Below are positions 1 through 13,657 of a DNA stretch of 64,000 nt, one piece after another. Both the position numbers and the translations under genes were made by a program. Under the pieces are notes generated by a model. It had not been told where the DNA came from, searched no databases, and saw only the letters and a list, made by a program, of their open reading frames with translations. Position 1 is the stretch's first letter. Each line of letters starts with the position of its first letter. Source of the DNA: Lama guanicoe. Lineage: Eukaryota. The DNA lies in contig MU053482.1 of assembly GCA_013239625.1 (NCBI GenBank), forward strand, positions 1,215,168 to 1,279,167, given 5' to 3'.

Positions 1-1318
1 GCAGCCAGGAAAGGTGTCCCCAGGGGTGACTCCACCTCTCCAGGGCCGTGAAAGGTTAAGTTCAAGGAAGAATCAAGTCAGAGACTGCAGCATCATATGT
101 AGGGTTTGTCAGGGCTTCCATTTCTGGTTGAAGGTTGCCTTTCGCATGTAGTATTTTTAACTAGATTGCCAGCCTGAGGACCGCTGAGCAAAGACAAGAT
201 GCAGCAGGTCCCCATGGAGAGCGCCAAGGGGCCAAGGCCCAGGACCCCACTCCTGCGTCTGAAGCTGGGGCCACCACCCCTGTGGCTCCCAGCTGTTCTG
301 GCCCGTGCACTCTGTGCTCTCCCACCTCTGGTGTCTGTGTGTCTCTGAGTCAGAGGAACTGCCTGTGCCCATCACTGGGACAATTGTGGCCGGGATGGGG
401 TCCCTGCAGTCCCAGACTCCCATTGCCAAGGAGAAGTCCAAGGGGAGGAGGGTTTTTTATGATTCCCAGAGGACATCATCTTTTTCTCTACCCCTTTCAT
501 CATTTCTGCATTCCTTTTACCATGGCTTTTCATTTTTAACAACTGATCTGAAAGGAATTTGATTCTGAGAATTTCCTGAAAACTTTTCATGATCAGGGAT
601 GTCTCATGTGCGTCACAAAAGCAGAACTGGCCCCCTCGAAGCAGAGGACATTCCATTTTGAATTAAATACCAGTACAGACTCAGAGTATCCCCCAAAGGG
701 TTCATCCTAGTCGTGCAGCTTAGCTGGAGGGAGGGAAGAGGGCAGCGGCAGAGCTCTCTGCAAGACGGGCTTCTGGATGAAGTAGGTGTTAGATGAAGAA
801 AAGAGGGAAAGACAGTCTGTGCTTGGTTCACAGTCAAGGGCAGGAAAGGAGGAGGCTGAGCAGGCTCCCTCCCTGGTTTACTTCTTTCAGCGACAGCCTA
901 TAATCCCTTGCCTCTGGCTGTGATAGCAATCTTTATCCCAAGAGGCTCATGAATTTGCCCACAGCTCAGCTCTGCACTCTGATATCATCAAAACACAGGT
1001 GTCTGGAGCATGTGTCTTCCTTCTCCAAACCTCTAGCTCACGCAAGCCAGCGCAGCCCACCCACCAGGCCCTTGTGCGCCCTGGTTTGAGATGTGGATTT
1101 CTCAGGCCTGGTACCCTATTGACTGCAGGAACGCTTTTTAGAATAAAACCACTCAGTCCATTCTCTCCATTTCGTCAGTCTGGTTGAGAAGATCAGTTTA
1201 TTGGGGTAGGAGGGAGAAAAGTGGGAAGGTGTGTGGACACTTTTTGTAGATGGAGATCCTTCCCCTTCACACGGAAAAAGGATAAGGACTAGGACCCCAG
1301 CCAGAGTCAGAAAGGCCT

Positions 1319-1335
1319 CTGCCCTCTAGTGGCGG
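1319..1335 (-). promoter_or_regulatory. Candidate CTCF site
   Basis: Minus strand reads CCGCCACTAGAGGGCAG, a close match to the CTCF core. Confidence 0.6.
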
Positions 1336-3063
1336 AAGGCTCAAACAACTATTTTGCACAACAGTGATTTTGTGTTTGGGCCAGGAGCACTGAACTGATA
1401 CCACTCAAGCAGGCACTCTAGGGACAGCAGGTAACCCCTCGGCTTTAAGTCCTAGGGCTCCGTTCCCAGTGGGTTAGACGTTCACAGGGCCCCAGAGGCC
1501 TCACTTACTTGGGAACCTGCGCAGCAGAGAGAGACCAAGAATAGGTCCTATGTGGGGGAAGGCACAGAGCCTGAGTGAGACCCAGCTTTCCCGCACACAC
1601 TGACGGCCCTGGCCCTGGGGTCTACTCAGGAGGGAACCCTGGCCGGGTGACCGTCAGGCAACGTGACGTCATCTCCCGGCCAGCACGCCTTCTTTACTGC
1701 ACCTGTGCCTCTGTCACTCCACCTGAAATCACTCATCTCATCTCAGCCTATCCGTGGCGCCCAATCAGTCCCCTCCCCACAGCTGTCCACCCTCTAGTCC
1801 CAAACCTTCCTGAGCTGAGCAAACATCGGCAAGACTTCAGAAACTTTGGGCAGAAATGAAGTTACCAGGTGCTGTAGGAACAGAGATGCCACACCTGCCA
1901 CGTCCAGCATTTGAACTTGTACCAGTTAGGGACGGACCCTGGTCTCCAAGGAAAGTCAGTTCATGGAAAACTGCCAGGTGGGTTTCAAAAGCCAAACCAG
2001 AATAATCACAGTAAGAGGAGTTGAGCGTTCTAGGCACTCTGGTGCATGTGGCTTTTTTTCCCAAAGAGCAGAGTGAGGCTGTGACGGTCCACAAGTGACG
2101 CTGGGCAGACAGCTGTCCTCCCTGAGACCTGCGGAGAGACAGGGCCAGGCTCTTGGCTACAGGCAGGGAACAGCACTGCTGCCAGGCACTGGGGAGGATT
2201 CTGGCCAAAAGGCATTCCTAGTGAAGCTGGGAGAGTGTGGGGAGAATGCCCAGGAACTGAGAAGTCTGTGCTCTGAGTGGACTCAGGTCAGGAGTGAAAG
2301 GGGAGGTAGGAAGAGGTGAGTGGGGTCAGGGGAGCATCTTGGGAGCTTCTCACTCCTGCCAAACTGTGGTGTTACTGATAAGTGGAGAGGTTGGTGACGC
2401 AGCAGAGGGAATGTGGGCTCAGAAGGTAATAAAGGTGTAATTGACAATGGTTGGAGATATCACAAGCGTTTACAGATGACTGTCATCTTTTGTCACCTTT
2501 ATGGGGACTTCTTGGGGGTTCTCTCCTGACTCCCCATATTCTCACACAAGTCTCTAAAGGTTTTGAAATGACCACCCAAATATCTCATTAACTGCTGGAA
2601 AAATATCAACTTGCTTCAATAACCTCACACCCCAAAATTCTCAGTCAGAATATTCTTAATGTCTCGTTTAAATCCCTTCTAGGATATGTCTCTTCTTTTT
2701 TTATTACATCCTGAAATAACAGCATGTCCCTGTGAGATTCCACAGACCCCTTCCTAGTGCTTCACTCCCACCTCCTTCCTTTCCACATAATCCAAACTTT
2801 TGAAAAATAGGAGTAGTAAATTAATGAGAATTAATACAGAGGGTGAGAGGGAAATGACAGAACTTAAGAAAGGAAGAGGCTGTTTTAGTTCACCTAAGTT
2901 CCTCGCGTTTACACACGAACAACCCCCATGCTCACAACTGAATTCTCTTATATTGCTCTCTAACTGCGTGTGTGTGTGTGTGTGAGTGCTAGTGAATTAA
3001 GCTCCTCTAGCACTCCTCCACTTATTTTCACAGCACATTGGCTTCAATAAAGATGTGTGACCA

Positions 3064-3210
3064 GGGAGGGTAGAGCTCAGTGGTAGAGCACGTGCTTAGC
3101 ATGCATGAGGTCCTAGGTTCAATCCCCAGTACCTCCATTTAAAAAAAACTAAATTAAGAAATAAACTTAGTTACCTCCCCCCACCAAAACAAAAACAAAA
3201 CAATTAAAAA
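3064..3210 (+). mobile_element. tRNA-derived camelid-type SINE
   Basis: A-box TAGAGCTCAGTGG, B-box GGTTCAATCCC, A-rich tail; diverged TSD aaagatgtgtgacca/aaagatacgtagcca. Confidence 0.9.
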
Positions 3211-5332
3211 GATACGTAGCCATCACTTGTCATATTTATTATAAAGGTTTTTTTTTTCCCCACTAAAGCCAGTCTCCTAAGGATTCTAGCTCTGGTCTTT
3301 CTATGTACTAGGTACTAACCCTGAATTTTTTTAACAGTGAATTTGGTATTTCAGGCCCCCCTTTCTTCATTCAGTCCCTCCCCCACCCCACATGGTTGGA
3401 AATGTCAAGGTTTGACCCATCTTGGCAACGTCCTCCTTGAACAGCCACCATGGAGGCTGGAGGGTTCAGATTTATCTTTGCTGTCTCTCTGGGGTGGAGC
3501 AGAGGTGGAAAGGAAGATGGTTTCCTCCTTGCAATGTGGAAGAGCCTCTGGGATCTTATGCTCACTATTCAGGGAATTCTTTACAGCTGAAGAGGAAACA
3601 AGATAAGCGTCAGACCTGGAAAAGTCCTTCTTGACCTCCTCTGCCTGTCAAAACTGGCAGTGTCCTTGGGGCAACTTTGTGGCAGAGACTGGTGGGGGTG
3701 CAGGTGATATTGGGCAGCACTCAGAGACGGACAGAACAGAGTGAAATTTCCAAGGTTAGCCTGACTGAGCAGGTCCTAAAGGAGCCCTCTGCTGGGGTCA
3801 CTGGAGTGGGGTGCCTTTTACCCACTGCTGAGGCCCATGAGCCTGGAAGACCGTTTCAGTGGCCAAGGTCTGCAAGGGTTCTGAAGGCTCAGATGAGAAT
3901 AATGAGCCCCAGTCCAGCTCTAGTTGCTACTACAGGGCAGAACCAAAACAGGTTACGATCCCTGGAGACAGGGAGACACAGTGCTGATGAGCAGTACTAT
4001 TAGGAGGAACCTCAAATGATTTCTGGAGCCTGAGTTTAAATAATCCCAACTATTTCACATGCTTTAAGAGGACCAGTGTGAGAATGAGCCCATTTTTTAA
4101 AAAAAGATTGAGGGAGACTGAGAGGGGAAGGGAAAGAGAGAAAATATAAAAAGTAGATCCAGGAACTGAAAATTCCTCATTGTCCTTACCCAGTAAGTAC
4201 CAAGGCAAACCCCTCAACATACCTTAATAATCTCTGAGAGATCCCTGTATGCAATACAACAGTGCATCTTCCTAAAGTCATCTGATGTCATTAAGAAAAT
4301 AAATGGCTTTTAAAGAGTAAATAGATTTGAAAGATAGTTGGGAAGATTGCCATGAAACTATGTAAGGTTAAAAACTGTGTTGACATTTTCCAAGGGAAAA
4401 GAAAAATCTATGCTTTCTGAAAATTGATTTATAAAGAATGTGTCTCATTGCTCAGCAAGGATAGAGAAATGAGGGGGTCGTGTCCTCAGCACTACATGGC
4501 TTGTAAAACTGACGTGTCTGAGAACTTGGTCTTCGTAGGCGTGTGGGATATGTTGAACCACAGTGAAATTATCTCACATCTGCCTAGCTTTCTAAAGGAT
4601 GGAAGGCACTGAACCCTTCAAAATAATGTAAGATTTGAGGTCAGTGCTAAAAAAACTCATTAAGTGGGCTTCCATAATGGAGCTGAGGTCTGTACATTAT
4701 CCTCGTGAATTTCCAAGTGTCTTTCAGAGAGGCCGTCAGGTGGTCTGTCCTGGCTGTAAGGTGGAAGTGAGCAGGATTTAGACAGGGGACCACTTCTGGA
4801 GGCAGATATGATAAGAGGAAAGGTGCCTTTCTATCAGGAGTTAGTCTAGGCAAGGGCGTATGTCTAAACAAGGCTCTAAGAGCCGAGTGGGTGACAAATA
4901 CCAAAGATAAGTGGAATAGCAGAAACTGGGTCCCCAAGAGGCATGTGCAATTCTGAGATGTGGTACCTCCTCACTCCTTACTCCTGGTCTACCTGTTACT
5001 CCTGCTGTAGATCTTCACTTAGATGTAACTCACTTGCGAAGCCTTCCCTGAGCCTGAGGAATTTATTGGGGAGGGATTGGCAGGCAGTCAAGGCTCCAAA
5101 ACACAAGAATTACATAATGAGGTTTGCTAACTGGCTGCATCACCCTGGCTGTATGCAGTCTGGATGATAGACTAGCAGGGGTCAGAACAGAGACTGTCGT
5201 CAACAGTGCAGAATCCCCCATCAACCTTGACTCCTCCCTCTCTCTACCGGTTACGTAGTCAGTAACCAAGTTGTCAATTCTGCATTCTAAATATTTCTCA
5301 AAGACATCTGCAGTCCTGATCACCAATTACAA

Positions 5333-6115
5333 TGTATATATTTCACCCTCCCACACACGCCACCAGTTCTCTGATACCAGCTGGGGATCCTACAATTTCA
5401 CTCAATTCTGACACTGTCTACCTGGAGATGGTCAGATTCCGCAGGGTAAGGGCTCAGTCCCACAAGACTGCCCTGCACTTCAGACACTAATCACAAGTTT
5501 AGGTTGTCAACTGTGCTTTTGACCATCTGGCTATAAATCAGAGGTTCCACAGTTCCCCACCCCCCACCTTGAGTTTGATTAATTTGCTGGAGCAGCTCAC
5601 AGCACTCAGAGAAACATTTTACTTAACTAGAGTACTGGTGTATTCTAAAAGGCTATAACTCAGGAACAGTCAGATGGAAAAGATGCATAGGGCAAGGTGT
5701 GGGGAAAGGGCATGGGGCTTCCAGGCTCTCGGAGTGCACCCTCTTCTGAATCTCCATGTGTTCACCCAGCCGGAAGCTCTCTGAATTCTCTCCTTTGGGG
5801 TTTTTCTGGAGGCCTCATTACAGAGGCCCGACTGATTACATCATTGGCTGTTGGTGATTAAACACAACCTCCAGCCCCTCTTCCCTCCCTCAAAGTCACG
5901 AGGTGGAAAGAAAAATTTCAACCCTATCATCACAGAGTTGGCTCCAAAGGCAAACAGACCCCATCCTTAGGTGCTTTCTGAAAGCCATCTTATTAACATA
6001 ACAAAAGACAATTTTATGGCTCTTATCAAAGAAAACTTAAAGGGTTTTAGGAGCTCTGGGCTAGAAACAGCAGTTGAAAACCAAATATATTTTTCTTGTA
6101 AATCACAATATCACA
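5333..6115. mobile_element. Solo LTR, MER21-like
   Basis: Recognisable motifs caattctgacactgtctacctggagat, agggctcagtcccacaagactgccc and terminal aatcacaatatcaca. Confidence 0.8.
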
Positions 6116-6652
6116 ACATCCATTTATCTCTCTCTCCACTGACACCACGTCAGTTCCGGCCCTTATGATCTCCCCCACAGATCACAGTAACAGCCTCCTA
6201 ATCTCCCACCTTGAATTCAGTCTTGTTGCCCTTCAGCCCATCCTTCACCTGGCTTCCAGAGAGGTCTCTCTGAAACACAAATCTACTTACGTAACTCCTT
6301 TCCTTGAAATCTTAATTGTCTTCTCACTCTTCTTACTGTTGCACCTAAAGTGTTTGTCATGTTCTTCAAACTTGGGAAGGTCTGACCTGTGTTTATCCTA
6401 CTGAAAAGGATGCTGCAGAGGGTTGCCCAAATCTACCCTTTAGGATCAGGACACTCATTCCCCTAGTTGTGCGAGTGTTGCCACGAACAGCTCACAGATG
6501 AGTCCCTCTCCAGGCATTGTTCTCAGCCAAAGAAAGCTGCCCACTCAAGGTTATATACACTCCTTCCCTGGAAACAGCTCCCACCAATGAGTGCTCAATG
6601 CAGGGATGCCAAGACATTGTCCCCTTGCCTCCCATACAGGAAAAATGGGGCA

Positions 6653-7229
6653 TGAGAGGATGGTCGTGTCCCAGGTCTCAGGCAAATCCCCGGGGGACAC
6701 ACCACCAAGTGAGGGTCTTTGGCTGAGCACAGGGAAGAATTCAAGAGCAAGTCATAGTTGAGTAAAAGTATATTTATTTAGAGAGATGAATGGCTGTGAG
6801 GGGCAGGGGTTATTAAAGGTAGAAACACACTCCATTGACAGAGTATGGGCCACCTCAGAAGGCAAGAGAGAAAGGGTGCGCTGGCCAGGCGTGGTATTGC
6901 TAGTTTTTATGTGCTAACAGATGAGAGGATTATTACTACTACTTTGAGGAAGGGGCAGGGATTCCCAGGAACTGGGCCACCAATTCCTGGGAATCCCCTC
7001 TTTGACCTTTCATGGTTAGCTTGAGAATGGTCATGGTGCCTGTGGGTGTGTCATTCACCAGGCTAGGACATTACAACGTGTACAATGAAGCTCCAGGTCC
7101 ACTGGAGGTTGGACCTCCCACCATCCTGGGTCTCCAGGTCTATTGGGAGTTGGCTTTTCCACCCTCTTAGTGCTAATTGCTGTGTCATTCCTTTAACAGC
7201 TGTGCCCTGCCCCCTTCCCTTCTGTCTCA
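6653..7229 (-). mobile_element. Solo ERV1-type LTR
   Basis: TG...CA ends (tgagag...tgtctca), reverse poly(A) signal tttatt near 6773, LTR-like text aagaattcaagagcaag. Confidence 0.65.
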
Positions 7230-7509
7230 ATAGCAGGTCTACATTTCTTCTCAGCTTCCTTCCACACCTCTGCCCCTGCCCACAATTCTCCACCAGAGCA
7301 CCAACATCTAGATGAGCTGTCCCCTCCGACTTCCAAGACTGAGACTTCAACATGCCCTGGAAACAGATGAATGAGGAGGTTATCTGCCTGGGAGAGGGGT
7401 AAGGAGGTGCTAGGAAGATTTGAAGTCTTAAATTTCATTGGGAGCGTGGGGGAAAATTTGATGTGGCTCTTGTGGTTCAATGTGGGGGTGTGATAAGAGC
7501 TAAAGCAAG

Positions 7510-8174
7510 AGGGTATAGGGGAGCAGAACCCACCCCCCCAGATTCTGTCCCTTTGGCATGAGGATTGATTTAGACTGCTTGTTATAAGACTCAAAAAGAC
7601 TCTGGAAGAAAATCCGACCTTCTTCTAACTGCCTGAAAGAATGCAGACGGGGACCCCCTCCAGGAAGGGAGCTATTGCCACAGACATCTACAGTATGAAC
7701 TGAGCGTGTAAACGGGGAGGAACCCAGCACAGTCTGTCTGTCAAAATTCCTCTCCGGGCCCCAGTGTCTCTGCCTGGCCCAGCAAACATCTGTTTACCAA
7801 ACACTTGCTTTTCTAGCTACATGTAAATTGCCTTCTTCCCCTTCGAAGTCCCAAACCACTATCCCCAACATCCTCTTCTGTCTTTAGCTGAAGATGGTAT
7901 TAAGGTGAGGGCTTCGGCCTTTGGTGAGCTACTCTGTTTTCCTCGGTCTCTTTCATGTATACTTTTTTTCTTTCTTTAATGGATGCACTGGGGACTGAAC
8001 CCAGGACTCCTTCCATGCTAAGCACGCACTCTGCCACGGAGCTGTTCCCCACCCTCCACGTGTATGTATTTTTAAACTTTGATTTTCTCCCGTTAATCTG
8101 TCTCATGTCAATTTAATTCTCAGACTATCCAGAAGAATCTAGAAGGGTAGAGAAAAAGTTCTTCCTCCTCGACA
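7510..8174 (+). mobile_element. Solo ERV-type LTR interrupted by a SINE
   Basis: LTR-like 3' end ttttctcccgttaatctgtctcatgtcaatttaatt...ttcttcctcctcgaca; nested SINE at 7963-8055. Confidence 0.65.
7963..8055 (-). mobile_element. tRNA-derived SINE, short-tail form, nested in an LTR
   Basis: Reverse complement of the SINE head (gggactgaacccaggac...catgctaagcacgcactctgccac). Confidence 0.85.
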
Positions 8175-8991
8175 AGTTGTTGGCTGAGGTCACATTTTAA
8201 AGCGCTTTCCTTTTGGCATAAAAGCAGCCAGTGTTTTATCTAGAGAGACACAGGGAATTAGAGCCTGCTTTAATCACTCAGGCAGGAAACAATGCAATTA
8301 CTTGTAAAAGGCTGGAAGATTGGAGGATGATGTTAAGGCAAAGAGCTATTGGGGATGGGCGTTGGGGGCAGGTGTGGTGAATATAACATAATGGGAAAAA
8401 TATGGGGGAAAGGAGGGGGGAAAAAAGAGGAGACATCTTGGTTCAGATCCCAGGGATGAATTCTAGTGTCCCGGATGGGATCCTGTTGAGTTGGCCTGTG
8501 CCTCCTCAGGAAGGCAGAGTCTCCTCCTCAGACTCTCCCAGAGCTGGCCAGCATCTCTAAGAAAAGTGGAGAGTAGAGTGCAGGGAGCACACGGGGCTCT
8601 AGAATTCAGTGCGTCAGTCAATATGGAGGCAGAGCAGTGATGAAGATGGCAGAGCACTCCAAGACGACCTGGAAAGCTGGATGAGCTCAGCCTCGGTGGG
8701 CTGATTAGGTTGGGCACTGGTATGTCCAGTTTTGACTGGTCATTTAGGGACACACATCAACTCAGGACTGGGCTAACAGAGCAAGGACTAGTGACTTAGA
8801 GCCAGCCACACTGAGGACACAGCGGTGGCTGTCAAAGGGTTTAAGTTTCCTCTCAGGATGCCGCAGCAGGAAAAGCGGGAGAATCAAGCCCTCGCAGAGG
8901 AGAAAAGCGGGGTCACCTTGCTTGCTCACTGTCCTCCCTGATGAGCTTACAGCAGTGGTCAAGGCCAGAGGTTAAATGTAAGGGAGGCAGT

Positions 8992-9135
8992 GGGGAGGGT
9001 ATAGCTCAGTGGCAGGGCGCATGCTTACATTAAAAAAATAATAACCCTAATTACTTCCCACCCTACAAAAGACAACTAACTAACTAACTAACTAACAACT
9101 AACTAACTAACTAACTAACTAAATAAATAAATAAA
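8992..9135 (+). mobile_element. tRNA-derived SINE with B-box deleted and (AACT)n(AAAT)n tail
   Basis: ggggagggtatagctcagtggcagggcgcatgctta joins directly to cattaaaa; TSD taaatgtaagg on both sides. Confidence 0.88.
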
Positions 9136-9790
9136 TAAATGTAAGGAAGTCAAAAGAGCCAAGCAAATTATTTTATCCCAACAGCAAGCTCAGGGGCACC
9201 AAGCCATCTCTTTCACTGAGGAAGACCTGCTCTGAATAAAGATGGCTGCATTGGCCACCGTATGTTAGCCAAAGTGGTGATGATCTCCAAAGGGAGTTTA
9301 ATTTTCCTTAATGAAACTTCTGGTCACAAGAACATGAGGGTTTCCACTCTGGTTCTGCCCTGTGGCTTGTCAATTCTAACAGGTTAGGGGAGCCAGCTGC
9401 AGGTTTTGCTGCTTCTGGAATCAAAAGAGTAATGCTCGCCAACCAAGACCAGGTGTGGGCAGTTAGAGCGGAGAGGCCGGGTTTGTCCCCATGAAGCAGG
9501 TGACTGCAGAGAGTGGTGTGGTGGCTGAACCAATGGTGGGCAGAGAGAAGCGTCTGCCAGGACTGAACTGAAGGGCTCTGAGGCCAAGCTCTTTGGAGCC
9601 CCAACCAGAGACACTGGGACAACAGCAGCCCTGGAGGTAGCCCAAGAACACGTTACAACCAGGCTGCGCACTGTGTTCCCGCTCAGTCTCCAATAATTTT
9701 CTAGACACCATTAGAATGGAATGCACATTTCACTGCAAAAATAATGTAAGGAAAAGGTTATCCAAAATGCCATCTCTGAAAAGTTAACTG

Positions 9791-10186
9791 TGATGCAGTT
9801 GGAGTTTCCCTTTCCCTGGATCTTACCCATCTTAGTTCACCGAATCCACGGTAGGACTTGAGACGTTCACTGAGAATATCAAACAGCACCTTTAGCGTAA
9901 GACTTTATTCCAAAATGCTAGGCCTGAGAAGTCTCCAAAAGAGCCCTCTCACTTGAAGAAGGGGGCTGAGTGAGGCAGTATTTTTTACGAGGATTTAAGA
10001 GGAGGGATCACCAGAAGTTCACCTAGTTTGGGGAAATACAGTTGCCCCTGGATATCCACAGGGAGGTCATTCGGGGAACACCCCCATCCCCTCCCCACGC
10101 CCCGCAGATGCTTACATCTCTTATACAAAATGGCTTAGTCCACTTAGCTCTCCATATCTGCAGGTACAGAGGGCTGACTGTCATCA
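9791..10186 (-). mobile_element. Probable old solo LTR
   Basis: Terminal inverted 5-mers tgatg...catca, reverse AATAAA (tttatt near 9904); no clear TSD. Confidence 0.4.
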
Positions 10187-10899
10187 AAGATAGTTTTTGG
10201 AAATAGGAATTGTTGTTAAGGATGAGGAGCCCATGTCTGTGATTTGATCAAGAGGGTGAGGAGGAGCAGTTAGAGGCTAAAGTCACTTGAAAGGGAGGTA
10301 GAGAACAGCTAATGGGGACAAGGACATGCAAGGGCCACAATGGAAAATTCTTTTAGTGTCTCTTGCAGGTCTTCTGACTCCTGGTCAGAGTTCTTCCCAC
10401 TTCTCAGAGATGCCCCCAACCTTCTCCACTTTGGTTGGTGGTTGAGAAAGAACCATGAATATTCTGGACCCATCCATGGAAAGAGAGGTTGAGATAAATA
10501 AAGGCCTGGACAGCAAAGGCAAAAAATTGGAAGATTTCATCACTTTGTCCTAGGGACATGATTTATCTTCAACTGGACATGGGCCTGCAGGAGTTGAGTC
10601 CTAGGCGTTGCTGGCCTGCAGCTACAGGTGAAGGGAATTCTGCTGCAAGAGACAGAAAACTCAAGGTCTTTCTCACTAAGGAGTTCCATTTCCTGATGGC
10701 TTGGCTCTGGAAGCGTCACTGTGTCAATAAATGTGCCGCTGAATAAAACTCTTCTGAGCTTGAAACTCAGATTTTTCAACTGTCTCCCTGGGTGGCCAGG
10801 CCTGTGGCCCACTGGACTTCTCTCCCCAAGGGACCCTCAGCCCTGTGCACTGGCTGCTCAGAGACAGGGTATACCAGAGCTCTCTTTTTCCTTGCTGCG

Positions 10900-11691
<792 letters not shown>

Positions 11692-11809
11692 TAACAGACA
11701 GTGAGTGATGAATGCATGGCTAAAGGTACACTTCCTGTTTTTCACAGTCTAGTGGTTTAGAGCCCCAACTCCAGTTGGCACCACCCTCAGACCCTGAGCA
11801 GAGCTTTCC

Positions 11810-11960
11810 TCTGTCCTCTAATTTGGCATTGTTTCTCATCTGTAAAATGGAGACGATAACAGAATTTACCTCTCTATGGCTATTCTGGAGATTTAATAAA
11901 TTAATCGATACTTAGAACATTGCCTGGCATGGTGGTAAATGTCTAAAATGTTATTATTCA
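11810..11960 (+). mobile_element. MIR SINE fragment
   Basis: MIR core tttctcatctgtaaaatggagacgataa...cttagaacattgcctggcat. Confidence 0.8.
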
Positions 11961-13052
11961 ATTGCTCAGTTATTAAAATAGGAAAATTAAACATCTTGGT
12001 CACTTTTTCTTCATGTCTTACTGTATCGGAATGATAGCAGATTTTAGTTTTCTTTTTCTCTTTTTATGATAAGCCATTAGGTCACTGTAAAAAGTCATGC
12101 TATCGGTGTCCTGGGAGGCTCTGAGCTTCTTTTGCTGAACTGGACTTCGTTTTAGAAATGAACAGATGTCAGCAATGTTAAACAGAGGGAAACTGTTGGG
12201 ACCTTTTTCTCCACGTGTTGCAGCTGCCACTTCCTTAAAATTTGCAAAACCCAACATTTTTGCAGCAGGGACAGGCTCCCAGTGGCAAATGTACCCTTCC
12301 ACCCTCGCCTCTGACACACCCTGGCCTTGACATTTTCTATTTCCTACTTCACGCCTGGCTTTGGTACAAGTTAAATTTTGGTCAGTTATTTTTCTTCTTT
12401 CAGAGATATGCTGATCTCCAATACTTATTTTCTGTATTTTCCTGACACTTCTTCAAGTCCAAGCTATTTGGTTACAGTCAGGGTAAAAAAATTCCTCAGA
12501 GCAGGCTGAAGGCGATTCCGAATGCAGCCAGATGCCTGGAGGCTGGGTCCCTCTTCGTTGGCAGCGGCTATGCCTTGAGGATTCGCGCCAGCCACGTCTC
12601 TGCAAGTTTCCCCAATACTGGAGTCTGTCTTCAGACAAGGGTATCAGGTGTAGACTGATACCCTCATAGCTATAAGTGTGGATTTAACAAGATAGGGGTA
12701 TGATTTATATAGGTCCTCCCATTTTGATCATGGTGGCCGGGGTGAGAAGACAAGTCTCAAGTGGCACCACTTCTGGCCAATGCAGACACTTAGCAACAAG
12801 GTGATGCCATCTCTGCACTAGGGGATTTGTGTAAGAAGGGTAAGAAAAAGGAGGGTAGGTTTAGAGAACTCTCTGTCCCTCTCATTCTCTCTGTTTCTTT
12901 ATTTGTATTTCTCTCTCCTCCTTCTCTCCCTCCCTCTCACACACACTCCCCTCCCAGCACCGCGTCCCCCACCTTTCTCTCTGTCTCATCCTCTTTCTCT
13001 CTCTTTCATTCTTCAATGAACAGCCTTACACCCTGCTGTTTGGAGTATATAT

Positions 13053-13097
13053 ATATTTTTTAAAGTTTTTTTTTTGAGAGGGAGAGAGGTAATTAGG
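13053..13097 (-). mobile_element. Heavily 5'-truncated SINE (3' tail only)
   Basis: T-runs plus gggagagaggtaattagg between perfect 13-bp TSD ttggagtatatat (13040-13052, 13098-13110). Confidence 0.8.
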
Positions 13098-13519
13098 TTG
13101 GAGTATATATTTTTATAATAAACTGTAAATGCTCTTTAAGGACACATACTCTTTGACCCAACAATCCCATTTCCGTCCTTCATTCCTTTATTCTTTCATT
13201 CAGTGAGCACGTATTGAGTACTACTCTGTGCCAGGCCCCGTGTCAGGGGCTGGGGATGGAGCTTACATCTGGAAATGCATCCTCAGAAAAGAACCAGATA
13301 AGTACACAGATATGTAAAAACAAAGATTTTTTTTCCAGCACTGTTTGAAAGGCAAAGAATTGAAAACTACATAAATGTCCATTAAAAAGAATCAAATAGA
13401 ATAAATAATAGGATATCAATTCAATAGAATTGTGTCATTAAAATTATGGTATAGATGTATATGAATTGGTTTGAAATATGTTCACAGTATATCAGCAAGT
13501 TAAAAATATGTTACAAGGT

Positions 13520-13657
13520 GGGGAGGGTATAGCTCAGTGGTAGAGCGCATGCTTAGCATGCACGAAGTCCTGGGTTCAATCCCTAGTACCTCCATTAAAA
13601 ATAAGTAAATCAATAAACCTAATTACCCCCCATTTTTTTTAAAAAGGAATATTTTAA
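13520..13657 (+). mobile_element. Full-length tRNA-derived SINE in OLFML1 intron 1, within old L1-like sequence
   Basis: ggggagggtatagctcagtggtagagcgcatgcttagcatgcacgaagtcctgggttcaatccc...aaacctaattacccccc; TSD gttacaa. Confidence 0.92.

Noticed and set aside
1655..1700. MHC class II-type X-X2-Y module (GCAAC..TGACGTCATCTC)
   Set aside because: No ATTGG Y box at the required ~20-bp spacing; the nearest CCAAT is ~90 bp away
13520..13592. tRNA-Ala-like gene (also at 3064, 42170, 61883 and others)
   Set aside because: These are SINE heads: followed by a family-specific tail, A-rich end and TSDs, and degenerate among copies
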